The notes: generated by a model from the letters alone, not told the origin. Shown: positions 19,284-29,156, counted from the first letter of the stretch. The stretch: 58,122 bases of DNA from Microgenomates group bacterium RBG_16_45_19 (GCA_001803415.1 MHDC01000023.1:1-58122); one strand, 5' to 3'. A program made the numbers and translations.

Positions 19284-19898
19284 TTAGAATTTTGACTCAA
19301 TTCTGGTTTTGCAGAGTTCTAATAGCAGCGGAAATTGGGTGAAGCCGGAATCGGTATTAAAGTGACCACCAGTTTTGGTGACTATTATCTGGCTACCAAG
19401 CTTTTCGGCAAAAATCCTGGGAAATTCTTCTTTGACGTAGGGATCGTCTTGAGCATAGATTATATAGGATATAGGTAGGTGGGTTTTCAAACTCTCCCAA
19501 TCGAAATTGTCTTGATAAAAGGTTTGATTAGCTAAGTCAATTTGCCAGTCACAGCCAAGCTTTGATAGAAATGGAGCCACAAAGATGCCAGATTCATAAG
19601 AAATATTATATTCGTTGGTGGTATGAAGAAAGAACAGTGGCGATAAGGAATGGCCGACGGCAATAGTTGGTTGAGATTTGATTCGAGGGACTAACGGTTT
19701 AAAAGTAGACAACCAGTGATTTAAAGTTTGGTTTGCTGTCGGAGTATTCGGACCATTGGCCGTGACTACATCCCAGTCATCGACGGGAAAGTGCGGGACA
19801 ATGACTTTTTGGCCAAGTGATTCAAGTTCGTTATTAAGCCAGAGAAACCAATTGGCTTTAGGGGAACCGAACGAGCCGTGGATGATGAGGAATTGCAT
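19284..19898 (-). CDS. Alpha/beta hydrolase, YdeN/RBBP9 family
   Basis: IIHGSFG, NWFLWL, GHSLS nucleophile elbow, DDPYV, GGHFN. Confidence 0.88.
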   Translation of the reverse strand: MQFLIIHGSFGSPKANWFLWLNNELESLGQKVIVPHFPVDDWDVVTANGPNTPTANQTLNHWLSTFKPLVPRIKSQPTIAVGHSLSPLFFLHTTNEYNISYESGIFVAPFLSKLGCDWQIDLANQTFYQDNFDWESLKTHLPISYIIYAQDDPYVKEEFPRIFAEKLGSQIIVTKTGGHFNTDSGFTQFPLLLELCKTRIESKF

Positions 19899-19963
19899 GG
19901 AGTTATTTTAGCACCCGGGAACGGAGGCGGGGGGGAAAGTGGGTTCACGGGTCGAGGGAGAAA

Positions 19964-21175
19964 TTAAATCAGGCGAGCTTTACGAGCGGCAAGATAAACC
20001 GATTTCTCGGTCAGGACGATGGCCCCCAAGCCCCACAGGAGAGCAGCCAGCATGATGATGGGGCCGACGACCACTATGATGGATAAGACGTAATAGAGAC
20101 TTAAACCGATGGCCAGAGTTAAACCGCGGCCGGCCATGCGACCCAAGCGATGGACAAAGCGGGCGCCAAGCCAGTAACTGAAAATAATCCGACTGAAATA
20201 GAGAGCCACGCCGTAAACGACAAAGAGAAGGACGGAGAGCGGGAGGCCGACAAGGGTGACTAAGAGAAAGATAGCTAGGGCGGGCGCGGCCACCAGGCTC
20301 AAAAAGCCCACGCCTAAAGTTCGCCAGGGATGGTTTTCGATGGTGGTGATGGCGTTATAAGTATAGTTGGGGAAGAAATGAACCAAGAGGAAGCCGACGA
20401 TTAAACTGGCAAAAAAGCTGATCCAGAAGAGGGCGGAAAAGAGTTTAGCCAGAGCTTGGTTGAGACTCTCTTTTAAGGCCGTTAGCGTCATTAGGTCTTG
20501 AAAGGGGGTCGGCTGAGTTTTGGGGTCAGGTTTAAAAGCAACCCGGGTTAAAATCCCGGCGACGGTGGCTTCACCAGCAATCAAAGCCACTTGATCGCTC
20601 CGGTAGGTTAAATCACCCCGAAGAACAGCTTTGGGAGTTAAAGTCAGTTGACCAACGGCGACGTCGCTGTCGCCTTCGACGGTAGAGGTGATCATGAGGT
20701 TGCCGACACCGGCTTTAAGGTCACCGGGGACGGTGGCGTTAATCACCAGGTTACCCCCAGCAGCAACCAAATTACCACCCAACTGGGCGTCAGCGGTAAT
20801 TTCCAGATTACCACCAGCGAGCGTTAAATTCTGGCCGACGATGCCGCTAACGGTCACTTGACCACCGGCCACGCGTACGTCCTGACCGACTTGGCCGGAG
20901 AGGTTAATGGTGCCGCCGACAGCTAAGATGTCGCCGTCAACTTGGCCATCAACAAAAATTTGGCCGGCAGCAGCGTAAAGATCACCGGTAATGGTACCGG
21001 AAATGATGACGCTATCGCCGGTGGCAAAGAAATCACCCGTATGAGTTTCGTTGGCGGCTAAAGTGACAATTTTCGGTGGCTTGACTGAAGATATGGGTTC
21101 AAGGTCTTTAGCGAAGACTGAGGTGACGAACAAGGGTAGAAACAAAATGGAGACTACTATAGCAATCTTTTTCAT
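19964..21175 (-). CDS. Bactofilin-like beta-helix protein with C-terminal multi-TM domain
   Basis: Signal peptide; repeated G-x-(I/V)-x-G-D units; several C-terminal hydrophobic helices. Confidence 0.75.
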   Translation of the reverse strand: MKKIAIVVSILFLPLFVTSVFAKDLEPISSVKPPKIVTLAANETHTGDFFATGDSVIISGTITGDLYAAAGQIFVDGQVDGDILAVGGTINLSGQVGQDVRVAGGQVTVSGIVGQNLTLAGGNLEITADAQLGGNLVAAGGNLVINATVPGDLKAGVGNLMITSTVEGDSDVAVGQLTLTPKAVLRGDLTYRSDQVALIAGEATVAGILTRVAFKPDPKTQPTPFQDLMTLTALKESLNQALAKLFSALFWISFFASLIVGFLLVHFFPNYTYNAITTIENHPWRTLGVGFLSLVAAPALAIFLLVTLVGLPLSVLLFVVYGVALYFSRIIFSYWLGARFVHRLGRMAGRGLTLAIGLSLYYVLSIIVVVGPIIMLAALLWGLGAIVLTEKSVYLAARKARLI

Positions 21176-21183
21176 TAGTTATA

Positions 21184-21212
21184 GTTTTAGCAACGTTAGC
21201 CGTTTTTGTCAA
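21184..21212 (-). promoter_or_regulatory. Sigma70-type promoter of the bactofilin-like gene
   Basis: On the minus strand TTGACA, 17 bp, TG-n-TAAAAC; 8 nt before the ATG. Confidence 0.6.
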
Positions 21213-21230
21213 TATATAGGTGGGGTAAAG

Positions 21231-21278
21231 CTTACTTCAGCTTGGCGAAGGGGTACCCTTCGGCAAGCTCAGGGCAAG
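21231..21278. repeat. Head-to-head pair of about 23-bp REP-like elements
   Basis: CTTACTTCAGCTTGGCGAAGGG-GTA-CCCTTCGGCAAGCTCAGGGCAAG; perfect CGAAGGG/CCCTTCG core plus AGCTTG/CAAGCT; abuts the helicase stop codon. Confidence 0.7.
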
Positions 21279-24107
21279 TTATTTTAATTTTGCGTAGGGG
21301 CAGAGGCGGTTATATTCACAATAGCGACAAGTGTGGGGAGAGGGTTTGGAGGGAAAGGTTGAGGTTTTGAGATGGTTGATTTGATCAATCAGGTTAGTTT
21401 TAGCTTTGGCCAGTTGAGCGGCGGTGCGGTGGGTGTCCAACTTCAGCCCGTCGGCCTCTAAGAAATAAAGACTTAAAGTTTGGGCTTTGATACCCAGCGC
21501 GCTTTGGGCGGCTAAAGCGTAGACGGTCAGTTGTTGGTCTTTATCGGCGGCGGCTTGATCTTTGGGGGTACCGGTTTTGTAATCAACAATAGTAAAAGCG
21601 CCGGTTTGATTTTTTTCCAGGCGGTCAATTTTACCAATTAAAGTGACGCCGGCCAGTTTGAGTTGGAACGGTTGTTCGAGCATCACTGGCTGACCCAAGA
21701 GGGTGGTGAAGCGGTTAAAGTAGCGGCTCAGGGCTCGTTTGCCGGCGATAAAACGTTCCTGTTTTTGGGCCTCGGATTCATAGCCTTCTTCCTGCCAGTT
21801 AGCCCGGTAAAGAGAGAGCAACTTGGCTTTAGTTAACTTCAGGCCGCGCATTTCCTGAGTGTGAAAGTCATAGAGAGTCCGGTGAATGGTCCGGCCAAAG
21901 GAGAGAGAATGATGAGGTCGGGCGGGAATTTGCAATAGATAACGGTACTTAAATTTTAGGGGACAGACCTTAAAAGTATCCAGTTTGGAATAAGAAACGG
22001 ACTTAATCTCAAAGCGACCGCCAGTCAGAGTCTGCCGGAGTGGCGGCGGGGCAACCGGAGCTAAAGGCAAGAGCGATGAGTCGGAGGCAACAGCGGTAAT
22101 CGGTAAACCGGTCTCTTTGATGAAGCCGCTGAGACGATGGCGACGGGTGCCGCCTAAGTCTTCAGCGGCCGTGAGATAGAGATGAGTCTTGGCTCGGGTC
22201 AGAGCCACATAAAAGAGGCGGCGTTCCTCTTGGAGATGGATATCACCTTGAGGTAAAGTGGCTTTAATCAAAGCCTCCGGAACCGCGATGGGATCCGACC
22301 GGTCGGTGGCCGGGAAGCGACCGGCAATTAAAGAACCGACAAAAACCACGGGAAATTCCAAGCCTTTGGCGGCGTGGACGGTCATTAAGGCAATGGTGTC
22401 GATGTCTTCAATTTGAGCCTGCCCCGGATCTTCGCCGGCGGTCAACCATAAGACCAAGGTTTGTAAAAAACTTAAAACGGAGCGGTCGGGGGAAATAGTT
22501 TCAAAGCGCTTTAACTGGTCAAAAAAGAGGTTGAGGTTTTTGATTTTCAGATGGTGGTCAAGAGTTTCTTCAGCTAAGTATTGATTGAGGTAACCGGTGT
22601 CTAAGACGAATTGGTAAAGCAGTTTGGTAACCGGCACAGTCGCCGCCAGAGTTTGGTAATGAGTCACAGCTTTAACCAGCCGGCCGGCCGAAGCCACCTG
22701 ACTTTGTTTTAGTTGAGACCAGAGACTGGTGCCGGTGAGTTTAGCTTGGGATAAAAGACGAAAGACTAAAGCCGGAGGCAAGGCAAACAAGGGCATTTGA
22801 GTGACGGCAAAAAGCGAGAGGTTGTCCAAAGGGTCGGTAATGACTTGAAGAAAATGCAAGAGGTTTTTGATTTCATCTTGGTCAAAGAGGCCGCGGTTAC
22901 TGACTAATTGATAGGGTAAACCCAAGGCACGAAAGGTAGCGGCATATGCTTCCAGCTGATGGTTGCTCCGGCACAGGATGGCGATGTCTTGATAATTAAG
23001 GTTGGCTTGGGCGACTAAGCGGACAATTTCTTGGGCAGTCCAGTTAATTTCGGCGTCGAGGGTAGCGAAGCTTAAGGCTTTGACACCCCCGGGGGGAGAG
23101 GAGATAGAGGTGAGTTTTTTACTCAGACCTAATTTGGCTTCCAGGCGTTCGGGGTTATTATGAACAATCACCCGATAGGCAAGGTCTAAGATTGCTTGAG
23201 TGGAGCGATAATTTTTAGTGAGGACAATTTCCCGGGCCTTGGGGTAGACGTCTTTAAACTCCAAAATATTGGCGATCGAGGTACCGCGGAAGCGATAGAT
23301 GGATTGATCGTCATCGGCCACGACGGTAAGTTGAGGCTGAGCCGCCGGGGGAGCGAGTAACTTGATCAGTTCAAATTGGGCGTAGTTGGTGTCTTGGAAT
23401 TCATCAACCAAGACGGCTTGGAAGTGGTGTTGATATTTGAGGCGCAAATTGGGGCGGTGACGTAAGAGTCTGAGGGTATAAAGAATCAGATCACCAAAAT
23501 CCATAACCGAATGCTCACGTTTCAATTGACCGTAAACGGTATAGGCCGAGTAGAGTTCTTGGAGGCGATCGAGATCCGCTTGACTGGCGGCGGTGGTTGA
23601 GGCGTGAGACAGTTGGGTGATCAGGGTTTTAAATTCGACCGGTTGGACGTCTTCGTCGGCTAAGCGGGAGAAAAATTTGATTAAGGCCGAAATGAACTTA
23701 TCGGGATTGCCTAAAGGCCGGTAATATTTAAGCTTGAGATCAACTAAATGCTCTTTAAGAAACAACCATTGATCGGTGACCGTTAAAATTTTAAAGCTGG
23801 GATTTAGACCAATTTCCAGGCCGTCAGTTTGGAGCAGGCGGCTGGCCAGGGCGTGAAAAGTACCTAAGTAGGGTTCCTGGTAGCCTAAGGGCATAACTTC
23901 ATCCAACCGACCAAGCATTTCGTCAGCGGCTTTCTGGGTATAAGTGGCGACAAACAACCGCTGGGGATTAACTCGATGCGTCTGGATGAGTGATTTAACC
24001 CGCTCAGTGATGACGGTGGTCTTGCCGGTACCAGCCCCGGCCACGATTAAGAGCGGCCCAGCCTGATAATAGACAGCCTGAGACTGAGCGGAATTAAGCT
24101 TCATCAC
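21279..24107 (-). CDS. UvrD/PcrA-like SF1 helicase fused to a C-terminal RecB-family PD-(D/E)xK nuclease with four Cys
   Basis: AGAGTGKT, DEFQD, NYRS, TVHAAKGLEF, EERRLFYVALTRA; nuclease GKIDRLE...IVDYKTG; Cys in KVCP and CRYC...LCP. Confidence 0.92.
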   Translation of the reverse strand: MMKLNSAQSQAVYYQAGPLLIVAGAGTGKTTVITERVKSLIQTHRVNPQRLFVATYTQKAADEMLGRLDEVMPLGYQEPYLGTFHALASRLLQTDGLEIGLNPSFKILTVTDQWLFLKEHLVDLKLKYYRPLGNPDKFISALIKFFSRLADEDVQPVEFKTLITQLSHASTTAASQADLDRLQELYSAYTVYGQLKREHSVMDFGDLILYTLRLLRHRPNLRLKYQHHFQAVLVDEFQDTNYAQFELIKLLAPPAAQPQLTVVADDDQSIYRFRGTSIANILEFKDVYPKAREIVLTKNYRSTQAILDLAYRVIVHNNPERLEAKLGLSKKLTSISSPPGGVKALSFATLDAEINWTAQEIVRLVAQANLNYQDIAILCRSNHQLEAYAATFRALGLPYQLVSNRGLFDQDEIKNLLHFLQVITDPLDNLSLFAVTQMPLFALPPALVFRLLSQAKLTGTSLWSQLKQSQVASAGRLVKAVTHYQTLAATVPVTKLLYQFVLDTGYLNQYLAEETLDHHLKIKNLNLFFDQLKRFETISPDRSVLSFLQTLVLWLTAGEDPGQAQIEDIDTIALMTVHAAKGLEFPVVFVGSLIAGRFPATDRSDPIAVPEALIKATLPQGDIHLQEERRLFYVALTRAKTHLYLTAAEDLGGTRRHRLSGFIKETGLPITAVASDSSLLPLAPVAPPPLRQTLTGGRFEIKSVSYSKLDTFKVCPLKFKYRYLLQIPARPHHSLSFGRTIHRTLYDFHTQEMRGLKLTKAKLLSLYRANWQEEGYESEAQKQERFIAGKRALSRYFNRFTTLLGQPVMLEQPFQLKLAGVTLIGKIDRLEKNQTGAFTIVDYKTGTPKDQAAADKDQQLTVYALAAQSALGIKAQTLSLYFLEADGLKLDTHRTAAQLAKAKTNLIDQINHLKTSTFPSKPSPHTCRYCEYNRLCPYAKLK
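23084..23096. repeat. Degenerate copy of the CACCCCCGGGGGTG palindrome inside the helicase gene
   Basis: CACCCCCGGGGGG, encoding SPPGGV in the variable inter-domain loop. Confidence 0.35.
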
Positions 24108-24639
24108 ACTTTAAATACATTAAGACGGCGTCGAGAGATTGATCTCGGTACTTAATCCCGCCGGGCAAGCGGCCATATTCAACGAAACCGAGTTGGCGGT
24201 AAAAACGAAGGGCGACTTGGTTATTGGCAAAGACTTCTAAAGTAATTAAGGTTGAGTGCATTTTGGTTTGAGCTTCATGAATCACCCAGCGAGCCAGTTG
24301 GCCACCCAAACCATCCTGGCGGTAAGGTTTGAGCAGGGAGATGCCAAAAGCACCGACGTGCAGCTTGCGGCGACCTTGGACGGTAACTTGGCAAGAACCG
24401 ATTAACCGGTCGTCTTGGAAGGCTAAATAGTGAACTTGCCAGTTGGCGGCCATTTTTTTAAGACACGAGGCCAAGTAGTCGGTTTCTTCAGCCAAGGTCA
24501 CCGGCAAATCAGGATTTAACAGGATAAAGGTATCCTCTGAACCCAGGTCACGGGCATAGTGGTACAAGATATTGACATCACCAGCTTGGGGTGGGCGCAA
24601 GTTGATTAACCGGCCGGATTTGGTAGTTAAAGTCACCAT
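24094..24639 (-). CDS. GNAT acetyltransferase (RimJ/RimL-like)
   Basis: FGISLLKPYRQDGLG, LEVFANNQVA, FYRQLGF. Confidence 0.88.
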   Translation of the reverse strand: MVTLTTKSGRLINLRPPQAGDVNILYHYARDLGSEDTFILLNPDLPVTLAEETDYLASCLKKMAANWQVHYLAFQDDRLIGSCQVTVQGRRKLHVGAFGISLLKPYRQDGLGGQLARWVIHEAQTKMHSTLITLEVFANNQVALRFYRQLGFVEYGRLPGGIKYRDQSLDAVLMYLKCDEA

Positions 24640-24646
24640 AGAGATT

Positions 24647-25666
24647 TTAAGGCAAAGCTTCTTTTTGAACGCCCAGACTTAAGGCTTGAGTGTCGTCGAT
24701 TTTACCCTGGAGGCGGTTAAAGTCGCTGGTCACCGCCGTCATATTATGGTAAGCGTTGGTCAGGTGACGGCTTAAGGTATCCAGTTTGGTATTAAAGACA
24801 GCAGCGTCTTTTTGAATGGCTTGAAGATTACGGAGAATGACTTGGGCTTCTTGGGCAATGCGTTGGCCTTCAAAAGAAACCAGGATGGTGCGGAGAAAAG
24901 CATAAAAAGTCGAGGGGGAAACGGGTAGAACCCGAGATTTTTGGGCATAAGCAGAGAGGTCGGCGAGGTGGGCGGTAATTTCGTAATAAAGCGTTTCGGA
25001 AGGGACGTACATCAGAGCAAAATCGACAGTTTTTTCGGCGGGGTTGATATATTTGTCGGCAATAGCCCGAATGTGTTTTCTGACATCATTAATAAAGACT
25101 TTTTGATGGTCGGCTTGATCTTTTTTGGTTTCACTTTGGTTCATTTTAATGAAGTTTTCCATGGGGAATTTACTGTCAATGGGGATTAAACCCGCTTGAG
25201 TTTTGATGACGGCATCGACAATGTCACCAGAACGAAACCGATATTGGAGAGAAAAGGTCGCTTGAGGCATGACTTGGGCCAGCAAATCGGCCAAGACTTG
25301 TTCACCCAGGTTACCCCGCAACTTGGGCGAATTGAGGAAAGCTTGTAAGTCTTTCATGGACCGGCCGATTTCGGTGAATTTGCCGGTTTCCTGCTTTAAT
25401 TCACCAATGACTTTGGCGGCCGAATCGAGGCGTTGATTAAGCTCGGTATAACTTTTCTGTAAGGTATCGGTGACGTTTTTATCGGAAGTTTGAAGAGTGC
25501 GAGTTAACTCAGTTTGCAGGCTTTTAAGGTCGCCTTGAGTGCTTTTTAACCAGGCGGTGAGGGTTGGATTTTCCTGAGGCCGAGACAGCTGTTGATGCAG
25601 ATACCAGATAACTAGTGCAAAACCAGCTAAAAAAAGCAAACCGAGAACGATAAACTCACTGGGCAT
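24647..25666 (-). CDS. rmuC: DNA recombination protein RmuC
   Basis: N-terminal TM and coiled coil; RGNLGEQVL, IPIDSKFP, DFALMYVPSE, VSPSTF. Confidence 0.92.
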   Translation of the reverse strand: MPSEFIVLGLLFLAGFALVIWYLHQQLSRPQENPTLTAWLKSTQGDLKSLQTELTRTLQTSDKNVTDTLQKSYTELNQRLDSAAKVIGELKQETGKFTEIGRSMKDLQAFLNSPKLRGNLGEQVLADLLAQVMPQATFSLQYRFRSGDIVDAVIKTQAGLIPIDSKFPMENFIKMNQSETKKDQADHQKVFINDVRKHIRAIADKYINPAEKTVDFALMYVPSETLYYEITAHLADLSAYAQKSRVLPVSPSTFYAFLRTILVSFEGQRIAQEAQVILRNLQAIQKDAAVFNTKLDTLSRHLTNAYHNMTAVTSDFNRLQGKIDDTQALSLGVQKEALP

Positions 25667-25708
25667 AATTGGCCCTAGTATACCTTATTGTTAGGATACA
25701 ATAAGAGA

Positions 25709-26116
25709 ATGCGTCGTCGTCGTCGTCGATATCCGAGACCAGCCGGCTCTTGGTCGAGGGGGATTTTACTAGCCCTGACTTTGGGTTGGTGGCTGATTCT
25801 GATCGGCTTAATCTTGTTAACCGAACCGGTCCGGCTGCGCGACGTTATATTTACCGGTTTATATTTCCCCTTCCTACTGTTGTTATTTTTAGCGTTGAGC
25901 GGCACTTTAATTTTAATTCGGCAGCGTTTTTGGCCGAGTCTGATTTGGACGGCGGCGGTCAGTTTGTTTTTGATCTTAAGATTATATGGTTGGGGCAATA
26001 TCATTAACCTGGCCATGATCGCCAGCTGCCTGATAATTTTAGAAGTTTATTGGCGCCAGACAGAGAAAACAAAGAGGCAGGCGGTCACGGCACCGCCGGA
26101 GTTGAAAATAAATTGA
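25709..26116 (+). CDS. Hypothetical 4-TM membrane protein
   Basis: Arg-rich N-terminus then four hydrophobic segments; ATG 25709 lies 6 nt after TACAAT. Confidence 0.65.
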   Translation: MRRRRRRYPRPAGSWSRGILLALTLGWWLILIGLILLTEPVRLRDVIFTGLYFPFLLLLFLALSGTLILIRQRFWPSLIWTAAVSLFLILRLYGWGNIINLAMIASCLIILEVYWRQTEKTKRQAVTAPPELKIN

Positions 26117-26141
26117 CAGGTCGGGGGGATTATGCCATATT
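26113..26141 (+). promoter_or_regulatory. Sigma70-type promoter of the TrpR-like gene
   Basis: TTGACA (26113-26118), 17 bp, TG-n-CATATT (26136-26141). Confidence 0.65.
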
Positions 26142-26177
26142 GGTGTCAGTTTAATTAATCAGATTAGGTTGAGGTCT

Positions 26178-26546
26178 ATGCAGGTGTCGAAAAAGAAAAT
26201 GAACCGGACGATAGAAAAACAGGTCTATGCTATTTTTTACCAAATGATCGCCGATTTAAAAACACCAGCAGAAGTCAAAGCCGTTTTCACCGATTTGTTT
26301 TCAACAACCGAGCGGCAGGTAATAGCCAAGCGGGTAGCGATCGCCCTATTTTTGGATAAAGGGAGAAGCTATGAAAACATTAAACAAACGTTAAAAGTGT
26401 CTTCGGCGACGATTGCCAGCGTTCAAGATACTTTAGCCAATCCGGGGATGCAAATTACCATCAATAAAATTAAAGCCGAGGAATGGGCCGGGGCCTGGGC
26501 GGGAAAAATCAGTTCGCTGGTGGGGAAGATAATGCCCAAAAAATGA
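26178..26546 (+). CDS. TrpR/YerC/YecD-family HTH protein
   Basis: DLFSTTERQVIAKRVAIA, SYENIKQTLKVSSATIA; GAGG before ATG 26178. Confidence 0.85.
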   Translation: MQVSKKKMNRTIEKQVYAIFYQMIADLKTPAEVKAVFTDLFSTTERQVIAKRVAIALFLDKGRSYENIKQTLKVSSATIASVQDTLANPGMQITINKIKAEEWAGAWAGKISSLVGKIMPKK

Positions 26547-26555
26547 GAGCAGTTT

Positions 26556-26569
26556 CACCCCCGGGGGTG
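26556..26569. repeat. Perfect 14-bp palindrome CACCCCCGGGGGTG (copy 2)
   Basis: Intergenic, between the TrpR-like stop and metG. Confidence 0.85.
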
Positions 26570-26588
26570 GATGCGATAGAATACAGGA

Positions 26589-28028
26589 GTGAAGAACAAG
26601 TTTTTTATCACCGCGGCAATTCCTTACGTGAACGCCAAACCGCATATCGGTCACGCTTTGGAATTTGTCCAAACCGACGTCTTGAAACGCTACCACCGGC
26701 TGTTGGGTGAAGCGGTTTTGAGCTTGTCGGGAGGAGACGAAAACGCCCTAAAAAACGTCCAGGCGGCGGAGGCAGCCGGCAAACCAATCCAAGAATTTGT
26801 GGATACAAATACGGAGTCTTTTAGGCAGCTAGCGGTGGCGTTGAAGACCGAGTTTGAGGTATGGCAAAAAGGGAGCAGCGACCAACATCATCGGGCAAGC
26901 CAAGAGTTGTGGCGACGGTGTCGGGAAAAGGGAGACATTTACAAACAGAATTATACCGGTTTGTACTGTGTTGGTTGCGAAGCCTTTTACGCGCCGGACG
27001 AGTTAAACGAGCAGGGAGAATGCCGTGAGCACCCGGGTAAAAAGCTGGAGGCGGTAACCGAGGAAAACTACTTCTTTAAATTATCCAACTACCAAAAGCA
27101 GCTAGAGGACATCATCCAACGGAATGAACTGGAGATTATACCCCAAACCCGGAAGAATGAGGTTTTAGCTTGGGTGAAAAAAGGGCTGAAAGATATCAGT
27201 ATCTCGCGGACGAACGAGCGAGCCAAAAATTGGGGGGTACCGGTACCTGATGACCCGACGCAAAGGATCTATGTTTGGTTTGATGCCTTGAATATTTACC
27301 AGTCGGGCATTGGCTTCGGCTGGGATGAAGCCCAATACGCTAAGTGGTGGCCGGCCGATCTACAGGTGATTGGTAAGGGCATTATCCGCTTCCATGCGGT
27401 TTATTGGCCAGCGTTTTTGCTTTCGGCTGGATTGCCGCTGCCGAAAAAAATCTTGGTTCACGAATACTTTACCGTCAATGGTCAGAAGATGAGCAAAACA
27501 TTAGGCAACGTTTATGATCCGTTGCCTTTACTGCAAAAACATGGAGCTGACCCGCTGCGCTACTATTGCCTAGCTAAAATCTCGCCCTTTGCCGACGGGG
27601 ATTTTAGCGAAGAGAAGTTTAATCAAGCTTATAACTCGGATTTGGCTAACAGTTTGGGGAACACAGTATCCAGGGTAGCTAAATTGTGCCAGCAATCCGG
27701 ATTGGAGTTTGCGGCGGATAAACCACCAGGATTGAGGAGTCAGGTTAAGGACCAACTCACAGCTTACCGGTTTGATTACGCCCTGGAAGAAATCTGGAAG
27801 ACGATTAAGACCGTGGAACAGACAGTTGAGGCCAAAAAAGTTTGGGCTTTAACGGGAACTGAGTTAAATGTGGCTTTAACCGAGTTGGTGGCGCATCTCA
27901 GACAAGTTGGTTTTGAATTACAGCCGTTTTTGCCGGAAACGTCGGAAAAAATCCTAGCAATATTCAAGGGGCCTCAGATCGTGGCACCAGAGCCGTTATT
28001 CCCCCGGATTGAGGAGAGTAGCGATTGA
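26589..28028 (+). CDS. metG: Methionine--tRNA ligase (short form)
   Basis: PYVNAKPHIGH, YCVGCE Zn knuckle, YVWFDAL, KMSKT. Confidence 0.97.
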   Translation: MKNKFFITAAIPYVNAKPHIGHALEFVQTDVLKRYHRLLGEAVLSLSGGDENALKNVQAAEAAGKPIQEFVDTNTESFRQLAVALKTEFEVWQKGSSDQHHRASQELWRRCREKGDIYKQNYTGLYCVGCEAFYAPDELNEQGECREHPGKKLEAVTEENYFFKLSNYQKQLEDIIQRNELEIIPQTRKNEVLAWVKKGLKDISISRTNERAKNWGVPVPDDPTQRIYVWFDALNIYQSGIGFGWDEAQYAKWWPADLQVIGKGIIRFHAVYWPAFLLSAGLPLPKKILVHEYFTVNGQKMSKTLGNVYDPLPLLQKHGADPLRYYCLAKISPFADGDFSEEKFNQAYNSDLANSLGNTVSRVAKLCQQSGLEFAADKPPGLRSQVKDQLTAYRFDYALEEIWKTIKTVEQTVEAKKVWALTGTELNVALTELVAHLRQVGFELQPFLPETSEKILAIFKGPQIVAPEPLFPRIEESSD

Positions 28029-29156
28029 AGCGATAGCAGCCCAAGTATTAGGATCTTCGTCGCCAAGACGCCAAAAGACAAAGCGAGTGATGCCGAGGGC
28101 TCGAGCTTGGTTGATCTGACCAAGCGTGCTGGTGGCGTCTTCAAACCAGAGCATGTGGGGAATAGAGTCAACAAGATAGTGACCAATGAGGGCGTTTGAC
28201 TGGGGATCTCGGGTGGTCGTACCTTGATGGAGCATGAGCCGCTGTTGAGCCATGACATAGGTGATTGATTCACCATTTGCGTCTTGCGGCCAATCATAGC
28301 CATAGAGTGGCAACCCGAGGACAAGCTTATGTTTCGGGATTTGAGTTAGGGCATAGGTGATAACTCGATCGAGTTGGTCGGTTGGAGTAACCGGTCCGGG
28401 TGAACTACCGGCATAGTGAAAATCATACGCCATAATACGGATTTGGTCAGCTATTTGACCGAGGGTGGCGTAATCGTGACTCAAGGCAAACTCCCACTCA
28501 TTCGGTGAACCAGTGCGGGCATGGACGGCGATAGATAGGTGGAGATTGACTTGATGAAGCTTATCAGAAAGAAGGGTAAGAAATTGGGTGTAGTTACCGG
28601 CGTATTCTCTGGGGATGTTTTCAAAGTCTAAATCAAAGCCTGCGTAGTCGGCAGCCGAGGCTTCGGCTAATAAAAAATCAATGGCGGGGGTAAAATTGTC
28701 CGGATTAGATAAAAAGGTACTGACTCTAAGGCTATCAAGGTCATTACCGACGGTGGGGAGAATTAGGAGACCGCTATTAGTCGCCAAATGGTAGATGGGC
28801 TGAGGTTGGGTATCGGCAAAGGGTTGGATTTGGCCAGTGTCATTAAGGTGATACCAAGAAGGAGAGATAGTGGTGAGATACGCTTGAGCTGACCCGAGCG
28901 AGGTAAGCACAGCCACTTGGTCCCACCAGGGTAACCAAGCCATCAATTCAATTGGGGGTGACGGGGTCGGAGTGGGAGATGGAATCGGTGATGAAATCGG
29001 AGTCTGGGTACCCGGGTCAAAACGATTGGCAGCAAACCATGAAGCCAGTAAGTGGCGCAAAGACTGCATTCTAAAACCGGTGATAAGAGCGATCATAAAG
29101 CAGAGTCCTAAAGTGATCCAAGTCAGACGGGAAAGGCTGCGAGTCGAGGCGTTCAT
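27996..29156 (-). CDS. Membrane-anchored glycoside hydrolase family 18
   Basis: N-terminal TM and Pro/Thr linker; catalytic DLDFE; MAYDFH, LGLPLYGYDW, FWRLGDE. Confidence 0.9.
   Translation of the reverse strand: MNASTRSLSRLTWITLGLCFMIALITGFRMQSLRHLLASWFAANRFDPGTQTPISSPIPSPTPTPSPPIELMAWLPWWDQVAVLTSLGSAQAYLTTISPSWYHLNDTGQIQPFADTQPQPIYHLATNSGLLILPTVGNDLDSLRVSTFLSNPDNFTPAIDFLLAEASAADYAGFDLDFENIPREYAGNYTQFLTLLSDKLHQVNLHLSIAVHARTGSPNEWEFALSHDYATLGQIADQIRIMAYDFHYAGSSPGPVTPTDQLDRVITYALTQIPKHKLVLGLPLYGYDWPQDANGESITYVMAQQRLMLHQGTTTRDPQSNALIGHYLVDSIPHMLWFEDATSTLGQINQARALGITRFVFWRLGDEDPNTWAAIASIATLLNPGE

Noticed and set aside
25712-25729. (CGT)n microsatellite giving poly-Arg
   Set aside because: Triplet unit keeps the frame and fits the positive-inside rule for a membrane protein.
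26178-26546. Tryptophan regulon
   Set aside because: TrpR-like fold only; no trp genes, leader peptide or Trp operator nearby.
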